Assembly: GCF_902459465.1 (NCBI RefSeq)
Contig: NC_047081.1
Location: 620,001-684,000, forward strand
DNA length: 64,000 nt
Origin: Asterias rubens
Lineage: Eukaryota
Direction: 5' to 3'
Shown here one piece after another: positions 38,612 to 52,677 of the stretch. The first letter of the stretch is position 1. Each line of letters opens with the position of its first letter. A model generated the notes under the pieces. It had not been told where the DNA came from. It searched no databases and was given only the letters and a program-made list of their open reading frames with translations. The position numbers were made by a program, and so were the translations under genes.

Positions 38612-38690
38612 AGAAATCCCCAGACAAAATTACTCCAGTGGGATTCGAACCCCGACCTTTGCATTGCTAAAGCAGATGTCTTACCACAGA
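38612..38690 (-). mobile_element. tRNA-derived SINE head fragment
   Basis: Minus strand TGGTAAGACATCTGCTTTAGCAATGCAAAGGTCGGGGTTCGAATCCCACTGGAG contains a B-box but no complete cloverleaf. Confidence 0.6.
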
Positions 38691-39699
38691 TGAGGACGTT
38701 CGAATCATGTTGGTAGGGCAGCGGGTATCGCAATGATTCAATACTTGTTATTTTCGAATCAGGGATAACAATAATTTGTTTGTACCCTTTCCCGAGTTCT
38801 GTGTAGAAGAACAACATCCTAAGGCAATAAAACAACATCAACAAAATAATGTCAACTCAACCTTCCTCCTTCCCTCCCTAGTAGTCCCTGCCCTACAGTG
38901 GATACTTAAGACTTTTAAAGACATCTCAGAAGAAAGGGACGGTAAAGATAAGATGTTTTAGCAAATGGGAACAAGATGAAGATATTCTCCTTGACGAAGA
39001 AGAAAACCCTGAAGGCTAGATGTTAAAAGTATCCGGTCCAATATCCATTCTCAAGTCTTGTGTTACACGGCATAGGTCATCGGGTGAAGTACAGTTACAC
39101 TAAGCAATCAAAAGAATGATTTCTGTCTTGGTTTCCCCCCCCCCCTAAAAAAAAAAAAAAAAAATCAGAATTTCATCCAATCGCTCTACTGTAACCAATA
39201 TCTTGATTTCTTTCAACGATTGCAGCGTGGAGTAAAAACCTATAATTGGAAATTTTCCGGTGGAAGTATTGCCGTCACACCATGATCAATTTCCTAAATT
39301 AAAACACAAAGGTGAACAAAAATGCCTATGGTTAAATTCCTCTGCCTAATTCTGTGAAACGAAAGTCCACAATTGCTTTGTAGTACACGTGAGTACCAAG
39401 CATCACAGTTAATGACTAGTCTTAATTCGTTGACTTATAAGCAGTTCTAGTACTCTTGAGTATATGAGAGGTCAATTTGTTGCAAGTTTACGTCTTAGAC
39501 AAAGACTAAGGTTGAGTTCACGTGACCTTTTGGCCACACACGATTGGTTAGTTCTTTAATTTATTACAAGTTATAGTATAACATGAGAAGCTGACTAGTA
39601 CGTTTAGATCAGTTTTGGGTGAACAGATACAAAACTTGAAATGCGTATAACAAATGATAGTCAAGATTTAAACTGTGTAAGTAGTTCTAAAGTTCAGTT

Positions 39700-40032
39700 T
39701 TGTGTCCTTGAGCAAGACACTTAACCATTGCTTCGTCCTTCGGATGGGACGTAAAGCCGTTGGTCCCATGTGTTGTGTAACGCATGTAAAAGAACCCAGT
39801 GCACTTATCGAAAAGAGAAGGGGTTCGCCCCGGTGTTCCTGGTTGTGGCTGCTTAATGCGCCGTAGCATCTTGTAAACCCTTATAAGGTGCTAAATAATT
39901 GGGTCTCAGAATTCATCACTGCAATAACCTATCTTTCTGAAAGTTTGTATATACTCAGCGTCTTGAGTACCTTGTTTGGTAGATACGTGCGCTATATAAG
40001 ACTTCGATATTATTATTATTATTATTATTATT
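39700..40032 (+). mobile_element. 5'-truncated Deu-domain SINE (DeuSINE-like) with (TAT)n tail
   Basis: GTGTCCTTGAGCAAGACACTTAACC, then CGTCCTTCGGATGGGACGTAAAGCCG...GCACTTATCGAAAAGAGAAGGGGTTCGCCCCGGTG, which resembles my recollection of the AmnSINE1/SINE3 Deu domain; ends GTGCGCTATATAAG and (ATT)n. Confidence 0.75.
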
Positions 40033-41575
40033 AGTTTGGTTAAATGGTTGGATTTGTGTCAAGATGTTTATGGTTTTAAGATCATGTAATTATCTGTGTG
40101 TTCAATAATAATAAATGGCTGCTCAAGCCACTCAGTACAAACGAAAGGTTTATAATTGTCGTATGTGGTAATATATAGGTATCATTGGTTTAAACAGACG
40201 TAATACGTGTCTGTTATAGTTTTTTCTGTAATGTATTTACTTTCTGTTTTTTTTATGGATGTTCATCCGTTCTTCCTTTGAGGGGGGGGGGGGGGGGTTC
40301 GGGTGTTGATCTAGAACCATAATTAGTCTTCCACCGAGCCGATGTACTCTCCATGCAACCCAATCTCTCCAGCCCGTCTCTCCGCGCCGATCATCGGTAT
40401 GGTATCACCGAGCGAGGGGAAGGACACGGCCGATGAATTTGAAACCAAACTCCCCCCTTCTCTGTTTCCCTTCAATGGTTTCAAGAAATTAATTTGTGTT
40501 TATTCGAGACAGGGTGATCTCTGCGAATGAGACCGAGATCGGATTGCAAACCGGACTCTGAAGGAAGGAAAATGTGGAGGAATTTGAGAATGAAGATGTG
40601 TCGTATTTACTTCTCTGTTGACAAATGATTCTGATTTCAAAGGGGAATTGCAGCGAACTTGAAACATCTTCATAGAAATTTTATACGACAGTTTAATTGA
40701 AAACTTTGTTCTCGGGATGTAAATAAGCTATTTGAGTTGTTGTCATTAGGGAATGGGATGTTTTGACAGAGAGTAAGTTCAGAGAAGAATAAACAAATAA
40801 ATTTATAAATAAATAAATGAATAATTTAATCAATTAAATAAATAAATAAAATAGCAGTCAGGCACGATCTCATCACATCATAATTAAAAATGGGCACACT
40901 GGTCAACAACTTGTAAATATATATTTTGTTTATCAGATCAAAGGACAGATGAAGAAACAAATGGTCAAAAGTGAATCCCACATGCAATAAAATACCACAA
41001 GTCTGGCTAGTCAATGGTAAAGAACGGAGTATAGGATTTCATGGAACTTGGTAATAATTTCAAAGCGTAAACTAATTATAATCACCACCCCCCCCCCCCC
41101 CCGGCAGTCAAGTTTGGGAATAATCTGTATAGATTAATCAATATTAGGCCATCCTTTCTTCTTATGCTATAGAGGTTTTTATTGGAAACGATTACACAAG
41201 GTAATATGGTGCTTAAAGAGTACAGAGTTGATTATTAATGAAAAAGTCATCTGTCGGAAATACAGTACCCAGTTACAGCACTTTCAGCAAATCAGTAAAC
41301 AAACCGTGACGTCATCATTGGATTGGGGGGGGGGGGCTAGCTAACCATCCCACAACTTCCGCAAATTAACATTGGGTTCATTAATTCCTGCGTACGAACA
41401 CCACTCGGTCAAAGTAAACTGTGTCACCTACTCCAAATGGTTCCAATATTGCTTTACCAGATGGGTGCACGGTGGGCTAATTGAGGGGTACATGTTTATG
41501 CGCAACCTCCCTCAACAGGGGTGTCATTTAAGTTCAAGGAATACACTCGGAAGGGGGGACAACAAATGTTCTAGC

Positions 41576-41861
41576 TTAAAGGCACTGGACACCTTTGGTA
41601 ATTGTCAAAGACCAGAACTCTCAGTTGGTGTATCCAATATATGCATAAAATAACAAATCTGTGACAACTTTGACGCAGTAATTTGTCATCGAAGTAGCAA
41701 GAGAATAATACAACCAGAAACACCCTTGTTGTAGAAATTGGTGGGCTTTCAGATTGCTCACAATGTTTTATACTATCAACAGCTCTTCATTGCTCATTCC
41801 AAGTAAGTTTTTAAGCTAACAATTATTTTGAGTAATTACCAATAGTGCCCAGTGCCTTTAA
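41576..41861. mobile_element. Kolobok-like MITE family A, internally deleted
   Basis: TTAA-AGGCACTGGACACCTTTGGTAATT ... AATTACCAATAGTGCCCAGTGCCT-TTAA. Confidence 0.88.
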
Positions 41862-42306
41862 ATTGAACACCGTGGTCAGGGAGGGATGTCATAGTACACA
41901 TGTACTCTGTGCTACTTCAGTGATTTTTATGTCCAGACTTTTTTTTGTAGATTGAAAAGATTGCTGACCTTCGACAAATTGCCAATCCAATAGAAATCGA
42001 TGTAATTTGGATGATTGTATTTCCATATTTCTAGGTAGAGAAGAGTTGCTTGTTCAGACTGTTGGACTTGTTATAAACCATGAAGCCATATTAACTCAAT
42101 ATTCACAGCGAGGACATAGAAACACATTTCGTCATTAAATGCTCAACCACCGCAACATAGAGTCGAACCAGTAACTAGCGTGGTTCCTCATTGGTCACTG
42201 TACATTCTCCACAGTCGTCTAGTTTGACTCTTCACACCATGCTACAACAATCTGTTAAACATCATCAGATACGGCGGCCATGTTGTCTACAAAATAGTGT
42301 CTTCAA

Positions 42307-42512
42307 GCAGCAGTTTAACATTCTGTTTCTGTGTTGTCTTTTACAGCAGTTTAACATTCTGTTTCTGTGTTGTCTTTTACAGCAGTTTAACATTCTGTTT
42401 CTGTGTTGTCTTTTACAGCAGTTTAACATTGTGTTTCTGTGTTGTCTTTTACAGCAGTTTAACATTCTGTTTCTGGGTTGTCTTTTACAGCAGTTTAACA
42501 TTCTGTTTCTGT
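42307..42512. repeat. 36-bp tandem repeat x~5.7, no spacers
   Basis: CAGCAGTTTAACATTCTGTTTCTGTGTTGTCTTTTA repeated head to tail with near identity. Confidence 0.95.
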
Positions 42513-43333
42513 GGAGCATTTTTACTCAAGTCTTGTTTTGGACTCTAGTCTTGCACATGGCGGTATAACAATCGATATCCTTTCACAGCAAATGTCTTAC
42601 TGGTATCAAATCCATCAAGTATAATGTTTACCCAATAAACAATTAACTTTCATAAGTGGTTATTTTCGGTGCTAGTGAACTAGTGGGCATATTTGAAGAC
42701 ATCTATGGCACAATAAGTAGCCTACGCAATGACAGTTCCCTATTCACCTTTTCACTGTGGCTTTTTACGTTCAACTTCCCTAGGGAAGGGCCGCCGTATT
42801 TACTTATCGCGCGCTTTGTAAAAGACAACAGTTAAATAATTACGCCATTACAGGGAAGTCGATTCCTTGTTCCTCGTTTACTGTTATATATTTACACTTC
42901 AAGGAGTTGGTTAACCCCAGTGTTTCTGGTTCACTTCGTAAGCACCCTTGTTTACAGGTTTCATCGTGCTTGTGAGCTACAATGATTAAGTTCACTTATA
43001 AGGCATCTTTAGTTTCACTACCAGAAACATGTACTAATAATAACCACATCATGGTAGAGTAAGATTGGTTCAACTGGTTTAGAATATCACTTCAATTATA
43101 GTGAGGAATTGAATTGAAAATAATACAAGCTAATATTTCAAACTGATGTTGAATCAAGAGGAAATGATTTGATTTGGATCAAATGATATAACATTCAAAT
43201 ATTTAAGATTGCTTTGTTTTCAAGTGATGTCATCCCTACGACGATGGGTTCAATTGGTTCTTAGCTTCTGATGTTCGGATTTCTTTGTCTTGCTACGTCA
43301 CTCATGACAGTTAGTGTTGGGAATGTCCTTCTA

Positions 43334-43765
<432 letters not shown>

Positions 43766-46092
43766 TTAGTCCGGGGTATGTCAAGTTTGAGTGTCTGGAC
43801 ATACAGAGCAAAACACTCATATCACTGTGTCTGTATCGCCGAACGAAATCTTATGACGATGGGCCGGGAAAAGTAACCCGTGTCACATCGGACAATGGAC
43901 AGTTTAGAATTGAAAGGAAAAAACAAGATAACAGTTCAACCAACGTCCACTTTAGAACAAAGTAAAGTGTTGTTTAAGTATCGATAAATAAATGTTGAGG
44001 TTCAGTCTGAAATCGTCGTCACCGATTCGATTTTTTATATCAGTTGGCTACCTATACAAGGTGATATCATTTGGTGTCAGAAAAAAAAATTAAAGTCAAA
44101 AAATAAGTATCTTTAAATCTTATAAATCACTAATTTTGGAATCTGCATTTTCCTGACAAAACTGTTTTTCTTCAGCCAAACGGGAGCTGCTTTTTCATGA
44201 AATTGTTTCAGATATCTAAAAATGGAAGTCTAGAGGATGAGAATTAATTCACCCTAATCCCTCTAAAAACAATGAAAGTTATTTTAAATAATGAGTGTCT
44301 GTCTCGAGCGCTGATATCCAGCAAGAAAAACCTGAAGATAATTCAAGATTCGTTTCATTTTGTTTCCTGGATCATTACTAATCTAAAGTGAATTAAATTA
44401 ATTTCAGTTATATAAATACATTTTAAAATTATTCACATATAAAAGTCAACAAACGTATACTTCTTTAACTCCAAACCTGTTTCTAAGCATAACAAAAATC
44501 AACCATCAATATAAGACCAACTTAAGATTTAACTTTTCCAAAACGTAGGTAATATATTTTTCCTCTGTTATGTAACAAGTCGTATGAGAGACAAATTTGT
44601 CTAGAATTTGACTCAGTGACGTCATTATATGTTTTTATTGCAATAATATAAACCAACCCGAAGGGGCAGAGAAAGGTCGATCTGAAATTGAATTTTAAAT
44701 GCTATTTATTCCCTTAATTCCAGGACGTCCATCGATTTAATTGGCTCTGTTCGCGGACTTAACTCTGGCTTATTGAAAGACGTAAACATATTTATAAAAG
44801 TCTCCAACAATTCCACTCAGACGACAATGTAAAAAAAGTTGAGTGGATAGAATTCTAAATATAAGTGCGATTATACCTGAACCATAAGGGGGTAGAAGTT
44901 TGGGTGGGTTCTACCTTACAGCAAACCTGTAAAATTGAAAACATTCTCCGTGCGTTATGTGACATTTCCGATCCCTGGATTTCCTTGTGTTTTTGAGGTA
45001 GCAATCGCCCCCAGACTAAGGGTGCACTTGCAAGACGCATTTTGTGAGGAATATGAAATGGGACGGCGACTGTGAACAAGTTTTTTGTTTTAAAATATAT
45101 GTATTCAGGGAAACATATATTAGATTTCTTTAACAACAGTTTTCTTAAAATAATAACAATAAATTAATTCAAAGATTTACTGCCGAGATATCCATGAAAC
45201 TACCCCCTTTTTAGTTTATATTCGTTTAACTGCCGGTGCTCAAATTATAGTATAATATATTGGTATCACTGTTGTATCACTGAAAGGGTGACTGTTAGCT
45301 GTTGATAAACTCTATACAGTAACTTATTGGGTTCATATTCTTTTGGGGAAATTAGTTGACAAGCAATCTTCAAGAAGAATAACACTTTTAGATTTCGTTT
45401 TACAAATAATTTGCCTGTGGGTTTGTTAGACAAAACAGTATGCTGGTGCAACCAAAAAGGGTTCCAAATGCATTCCGTGCAGTTGTTTGATTCCAAATAA
45501 ACTGATTTGACCAAATACCCTCGTGTGAGACAGTCTTGTAGTATTAGTAACGCTCGTCTTAGATCCTCGATTACCGGAAGCAGACATCCCCTAACAGTTA
45601 TCATCGACAGTTAAGTTAGAAGGTAAATTCAATATCAGATACTACTGAAAATCTGACACTTAAATCTGCAGACCATTCACGATAAGTCACTCTGGGCTTG
45701 AGAACATTTCAATGTTTCGACGAAATATAAAGGAACCCAATATCAGATATTATTAATAATTGGACACAACAGTCTGCAGAGCATTCCTAATAAATCACTT
45801 TGAACTGTTGAACTTGTCAACCTATTGACGAAGTATAAAGGATTTGTGTTCATTTATAAGAAGAGCGGAAATGCAATGTTGAATTTCGTCATTTGAATGA
45901 TTTCTTGTATTAATGCAATACAATACTGATAACCGAATTCAACAACTGTACAACTGTCTACCTTCTTGTTCTTTGTTACTGGGGTGAAGTTACAAACTAC
46001 AGGGAAAACTGGCCGGGTAAATGTGGAGCTAATTTTCATGAAACATCGACTAGATCAGGATCTGAACCTGTAGCCTCCGTGTTGACAGTATA

Positions 46093-46483
46093 TTAAAGGA
46101 ACACATTGCCTTGGATCGGTCGAGTTGGTCTTTGAAAAGCGTTTGTAACCAAGTTGTTCTAAAATGCATATGATTAGAAAGGTTTTTTTAAAGTAGAATA
46201 TAATGATGCACACAAGTATCACTCGAAATTGCGTGGTTTTCCTTTTACCTCGTCGACTAACACGGTCGGCCATTTTTGAGAGTCACATTTTTGACTCCCA
46301 TAAATGGCCGACCGTGTTAGTTCGCCAAGTAAAAGGAAAACCACGCAATTTCGAGGCAAATTTGTGTGGATCATTGTATTGAACTTTGAAAACATCTTTC
46401 TAACCATATGTATTTTATAACAAACGGTTACAAACGCTTTTTAAAGACCAACTCGTCCGATCCAAGGCAACGTGTTCCTTTAA
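46093..46483. mobile_element. Palindromic Kolobok-like MITE family C
   Basis: TTAA-AGGAACACATTGCCTTGGATCGGTCGAGTTGGTCTTT ... AAAGACCAACTCGTCCGATCCAAGGCAACGTGTTCCT-TTAA; arms run almost to the centre. Confidence 0.9.
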
Positions 46484-46951
46484 CAGAGCGATGGGTTGGT
46501 TTTGATAGTCCTGTATTACATCGAAAACAGGCAGCGGTTTTAAGTGATGGAATCAGTCTGTATTCAATATAGCTGCTCCTTAATTTATAAAATCAGCAAA
46601 ATATAAAATCACACCATGAAGAAACAAGTGGAAACTCTCGTTACGGACGCTAGAGAAAGCAACTAAAAGGGTGTTGTGTGCAATCAAACACTTAATGGTA
46701 GGGCAAGTGGTGGTAAACTGTTTTATAATTTCGATTAATTTTAGTTACGGACGCTAAAGAAAGCAATAAAAATGTGTTGTGTATATTAGAATCCACGTAT
46801 CACACAAGATCGCACCATGCATAACAAGTGGAGCAAAGTTACTGATGCTTTAGAATTAGCAACACAAAGATGTTGGGTACAATCCAAACATACAAGGTGG
46901 GCAAGTGGGGGTAAATTGGTTGGAAATTACGCTGACAAGGGTTGTTCATAC

Positions 46952-47147
46952 CATGTGTGTCCGCGGATAGTCTAGTACAGCCAAGAGAAGACACGACGCT
47001 AGGGGTAGTCCGGCTGTACCTTGATACCGATGATTCGGCTCCAGCAGCGGCGGTCATACTGATCAGAGCCCCGGTCGGATTCCTCGAAGACGACTCGGCA
47101 CTCACAAGGTCCTCTAACGTAGCAAGTGGATCACTGAGTCCGTTCAT
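46952..47147 (-). CDS. Pitx: Pitx proximal first coding exon (MNGLSDPLATLEDLV..., 65 codons + 1 nt)
   Basis: ACC-ATG context with an in-frame TAA two codons upstream; Ser/Thr-rich N-terminus; donor CATG|GTATGA is phase 1 and matches the homeobox exon acceptor (G+AA=Glu). Confidence 0.8.
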
Positions 47148-47699
47148 GGTTTACTTATCAATCAGGGGAAGAGTCCGGAACAAGATTGGATGCGGTGTGT
47201 GTTTATCCGGTTGAGTCCGGTTGTTCCTGCTTGCTGTTGTTGATGACGATGAGCCCGAAATGGATTTACCTAAAAATGATGATTAGGTCTATGTGACGAA
47301 GCCGAGGAGAAAAGTGGGACGGACTGACGGGAATCCGGGGGGACAAACACGGAGCCTAGCAGAGTCCAACCAGATTTGAAAGCTGTGTGGTGACAGGAAC
47401 AGCCTCGTGTGTTGTGAGCCTATCTGAAGACTACTCACCCGGACTATCCAAGTTTAGTGTGAGGATAGGACTGGGTTGAAGCAGAAATCCTGGTTTGGAT
47501 TTAGGTTTAGCCGGATTTGGTTTCTGCTATTCAGCTTTTGGTTGATTCAATGAAGAGAGCTCCCTACCAAAGCTTGATGTCTAACCCCGTAGCGCGTTGA
47601 TGCATTTATCCACCTTCACACGGGAGGAAATCTGCTTAAGGGACGGCACCGTCAGCTCGCTAAAACAGCCGCAGCGTCCACTAAACCCGGCCCGTTATC

Positions 47700-47905
47700 A
47701 CCTTTGCACAGGGACTGCTTTTAAGACCAGCGATATAGAGAGACACTCCTTACAGATAATAAAGTAGCTCAATGGACGGTACCTATTGAAGGGATTGCCT
47801 TTTTGGTATAGACAGTTCTTAACTCATTCACTACGCCGTAGTGGTGTATCAGTGAGTGACGTCACGGATGAGGTGGGGTGGGCGTGGTTTAGCTCGACCA
47901 ATGAC
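47700..47905 (-). promoter_or_regulatory. Putative proximal Pitx promoter
   Basis: TGACGTCA at 47857-47864, GGGGTGGGCGTGG GC/KLF box at ~47875-47887, CCAAT at 47898-47902, TTAAAA TATA-like on the minus strand at ~47720. Confidence 0.55.
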
Positions 47906-49428
47906 AGACTTGGGATCCCGTGTCAGTTTAGTGACATCCCCTCCTCGATCAAACTGCGCCATTTAATTCTCATCGCAGGTGAATTTCTACAAAACTCTGG
48001 TAATTGTCTTTCGGTTGGAGGTAGGGGGGGCATATCCCGGGACTCGTATCAATTTTAATATTAGCTCTGGTTGAAATTGTACAAGTTTTAACTTTAAATG
48101 ATGTATCATAGTTCCAATTGTGTTTTTAGGCTGCGTAGACTATTGTGACTAAACCATTTATCTGTCTATCTATCTATCTTTCTAAAATGTTAAAGTTTGA
48201 ACAGTGACAAAAAATTGTTAAAAAAAAAAAAAGACTATATTTTTTAGATTGAATGCTAGAACAAACAGTAAGCCGTAAGCATTTCATGCATACTACTATC
48301 TTCATAAGCTTTGTGCTTAGCAGAGCCCTTAGTGGTAGCCTTACTTTAATAATAACATGTGTGTTGAAGTGGAAGCACATAATAATAATAAATGGAGACA
48401 CTCTATGTTTTGAGGTAGAATTACCAAAATAGATGAATAGATAATAAACAAAACGAAGCTCATTATGAACCGAGTATTCCTCATTGAGTTTTATATTACT
48501 AAGTAAAAGTTAAGACATTGAATGAAACAAAACGGCCTACGTTACAGCGCTAAAATATCTTGAAATAAGACAAATTCAGACAATTGTTATGATAAAAGTT
48601 TAAATTGCTTTATGCAAGAAACAATGCCCATTTAAACAAAAAGTAAAGGTTGAAACGTGACTGTTAATATTACTCCATTTTCAAAGGGCAGCTCGTTGAT
48701 TTGTCTAGATCCATTTATTCTAAGGTGTATTTGATTATTTTTTTTTTAAACAAAGACACGGCTTTAATTACAATCAAATTGTTGAATTAAATTATTTAAT
48801 AGCAAGTCAGGATGGGTGTATCACTCCAAATTTAACCCCGTCTTATGTGAACTACAAACAGTTTAGAGTCAAAAAGTCACCACCATTCGTGTTGTGTGTA
48901 CATGTATCACGCGACAACTACCTTATACAATTGCGTTTGTTAACACGATCAGTGTTGTTACACTGTACGGCCAAATAAATCAAAGTTTACAACAGATTTT
49001 CTTTTTAGAGTACGATTAGTGTGTCCATGCAAATGCCTCTATCGTTCTCCATGCTTGGGAAGCTTGCGTGAGAAGTCTTTTAAAGGAATGTGTAACTCTT
49101 CTGTGCAGAAGTTGTTGCTCTGACAAAAGTATTAAGCATGATTGATAATATTCTCAAAATGAGATTTTAGTTTACTATGTTATGATACACTAATGATTAT
49201 TAACGTGAACAAAACCTCAATGTTGTGTTAAGCCTGTGTAACTTGGGTTGATCTTTTTGGGGTGAAGATTATCTGCAAACGAAATAATGTAAATCCTTGC
49301 TTGATTTGAGGAAATCAAAACCAGGATTATCAACAAAGAATATCAAAGCTTGTTTTTTTCGCCCAACCATTTGTATTTTAAATTAAATAGTAGTTCAAGG
49401 ATACCACCCGAAATAAACTTAACTTATA

Positions 49429-49722
49429 CAGGGAAAACCCAAATGGGAACTCAACTTCCATTCAACATTCAAGGCTAATGTATGAGATGGGATTGGAACC
49501 GGGGTCAACAGAGGTGAAATACAGGGACAGAAACATGAAGGTTTTTGACCCGTAGATCCGATACTTTGAAAATACGTAAAGATATTGAAAAAAAAAACTG
49601 TTTTACCAGGGAAAACCCAAACGGGAAGTAAAGCACCAATCCACATTTCAATGTTCTGGCCTGAGGTGTGATTCGAACCGGGGTCAACAAAGGTGAAAGA
49701 CAGTCAAAGAAACATGAATGAT
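49429..49722 (-). mobile_element. Two tandem diverged tRNA-SINE fragments, 178-bp spacing
   Basis: CAGGGAAAACCCAAA at 49429 and 49607, each followed by GATT(C/G)GAACCGGGGTCAACA.AGGTGAAA (B-box on the minus strand). Confidence 0.7.
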
Positions 49723-49954
49723 TCACCTATAGGAGGCCTAAAGCCAGGTTCGTACTTTTGTGGTCCTGCTGGCTGGTACAGTGTTTAAAACCGTCTCTAT
49801 TTATGAAATATGGACAAATTATTATGGACGTACGGGCAAGTGAAATGACACGATTACTGCTTTGTTTGTATATCTTTTCATGCTTGTAAGGGTTTAATGA
49901 AACTCCTATTTACGTTTTCAGTTGTTTTATACTTTGCGGCATGTGAATTGGCTT

Positions 49955-50022
49955 CTTGCTTTACTTCTGTGAAGCACTTTGAGCGTCTTTTAGGCGGATT
50001 CTGGTGCTATATAAACACTATT
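49955..50022 (+). mobile_element. L2-type 3' tail fragment
   Basis: GTGAAGCACTTTGAGCGTC...GGTGCTATATAAACACTATT. Confidence 0.45.
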
Positions 50023-52677
50023 CAGTATGTCATGCAGGTTGGTCACTGAAAAGGTTAGGACAAAACATTACGGTCATTAAGAAAGGATAGCGAAGGTGAA
50101 AATAAATAAACATAGAGCTAACAAAATAAACACTCTTTCAGATAATCTGATAATCATCTGGAGTAATTAAGACCACTCCCTACTGATTTTGTCTTCTCGA
50201 AAATAAACCTCATAGCACTTATTTTATACTGAGCAGTAGTCAATACAAATGTGCTATCTGTAACTACACACGAATCGTTTTACTGAGTTGAATTCAGCAA
50301 TCCCAGTCGATCAAACCGAATTGTGGTTTATTTCCATGGCGTCATTCCTACTCCAACGTCAATGAAATACTTTACCTAGATACATCCTAAAAACTAGTTC
50401 AGCACAAATCCACTTTTTCATACAAATCGCCTATTTTTCCAGCAAAACTGGAACGAAGCTTATGCTGAAGATTTGGCCAATTTGTTTACTGGATTTCCCG
50501 GATCGAACGATGCCTCGTTTCCTTTTAGTCGAAGGATTCATTTCAAATCTTCACTGCTCTTCCTCTAAGCCGTTGCATCGAAATTTGATAATGTCGCGTA
50601 CAGGTAGATTGAAGGTAGGTAGAACTAGATAATGGAGCCCGGTTTTCGCTGTAGATAAATCTCGCAAACCTGACTTGATCTTGTTTGCCGCTGGATGAGA
50701 GCGTCCAAGCTCCAGGGACGATCGCTTCAAACAAAATATGAGCCGGAGCGGTGTTTACTTGGTTTCGTGTCATTTTTCCCGCGCTTTTTCCGGTGTATAA
50801 TTAATGGCGCGAAAGAAGAGAGAAATGCAAAACATTGGCTTAGAGGTATGCACGGAAGGTTTACCAACCAAACAAAATCGGATGCATGCTCATCAGACGT
50901 GGATTAGCGGCGCTCGAAATGGAAATTGCATTTCGGGGGTCCAGCGAGACAGCGCGCGCGAACAGCGGGCCAAAGCACGAGCCTTGAGGGACCCGTGTGC
51001 CCATGAATTTCAAATAAGCCAGAGCTTTAAGAAGATGGCTTAGTGGTATCATTCGCTTGTGTCATGCATGTATCTCTATTCTAAAAGGATCAAGTAGGAT
51101 TTACAGGCAATTCCACGTTCTCTCAGGATTTTTTCGGGAAGGGGAAGGAAAAGAAGTAAAGTGTGGGAACATAACGTATATGAACTGAGGTGGAAAAACT
51201 TAAGCATGTTTGTAACGCGGAGAACAAACCACTAGAATCGCGGTAGCTCGAGTCAGTGTTTTTGCGCTGCTTTGCCCCCGTAATCCGCGGCGGTCCCCCT
51301 GACGATCGCAACCCGGCCTGAAATTAAAACTCACAAAATCAAGCCGTTGATGTTGAGAAAACAGCCCAGTAGAGGGAAAACACAGCGGGGAACGAAAGCC
51401 AATTTCTTTGTTGTCACTCAATATTTTGCTGGTAAGCCTCATGAATTCACGGGGCTAAATATTCGTATGCTTGCAAAGCCTAGCGTAAGACCCGTATGCA
51501 TTACGAACGGGGTAGAAATGATATGCGAGATGCTGCATGGCGAAGAATCTACTCTGGATTATTTCATGGCTTCGTGGAATAAAATGAAGCTATTCTCTTT
51601 CAGTTGTAATATTTTCTAAGGCGTGGGTTTTTTCTTTTCCACGGTCTTCGTCTTTTAAATGATTCTTCATCGGATTATGCTATAATTATTGGAAACCAAT
51701 AAACCATTTTTGTAAACAAAAAAGGGTAACGTGAAAGATTTGTCCTGAGTAAAGGATTTAGTTGTCGATCTGACGGACGATTTGGAGCGACCAACACAAG
51801 ATTGTAGTTTGCTCTTTAATCAATCCCGCCTTCGTAAACTCTGATATGGATAATGGGTGACTAAATAAATGTTTATTCTTGGGATACTAGAAGTGAGGTC
51901 GAGGCTAATGTATGCAAAAATCTTCACCTATGGGTCTTTGACTTCTGCTTTCCCATTTCCATGTCATCTGTTCTTCTTTTTCTTCATTGAGGTCCTTTTG
52001 ATGTTTTTTTCGTAAAATTATGTCCGTAAAAATATTTGTGCAGATACATAATAAATATTAAGGGGAAATGTACATTTGATTACTTATAAGCGTGGAATTT
52101 ATCTAGCTGTCTATTAAAAGGACATCCCGGATTTGTGTTTTGGAAAAAATCGGGTAGAATAGTAAGACATTTTGAAGATTTCATTAGTTCAACAGCAACA
52201 GCAAACAGCAGAAACAGTGACAATCTAACCAAATTAATGCAAACATTTATAAACGGAAATTATTAATTACAAAATACGTTTGAAGCAAGATTGTGAGAGT
52301 TAGCGAGTGCCAACATCTCAAAAAATAGTTAAAATATCAACATTAAATAATAATTTGGGAGGCTAACCATCCTTACTCACGGCTGATAAGTTGATATGAA
52401 AAGAACGCAACCTCAAATTGAAAGTTGTCCATATAGGGGGTACACACCAAGTCAGGAGAAAAACCACTTGTGTCATAAACAGGCCGCAGAGCACAACTAT
52501 AAAATAAGTATTGCCTTAGACGGGACTCGAACCAAGGGCCACATGTAGTTGGCCCGGAGAAAAAAACCTGGCATAGGAAACGTCCAACGCACACTCTGGT
52601 ATCATCGTATGACATAGGACGGGAAACGAACCAGTTGTGAGAGATGAGTGCTTTACGCACCCGCATGTAACCTTGCC

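Noticed and set aside
42307-42512. CRISPR array (36-bp repeat)
   Set aside because: Units are contiguous with no spacers, there are no cas genes, and the context is a eukaryotic intron.
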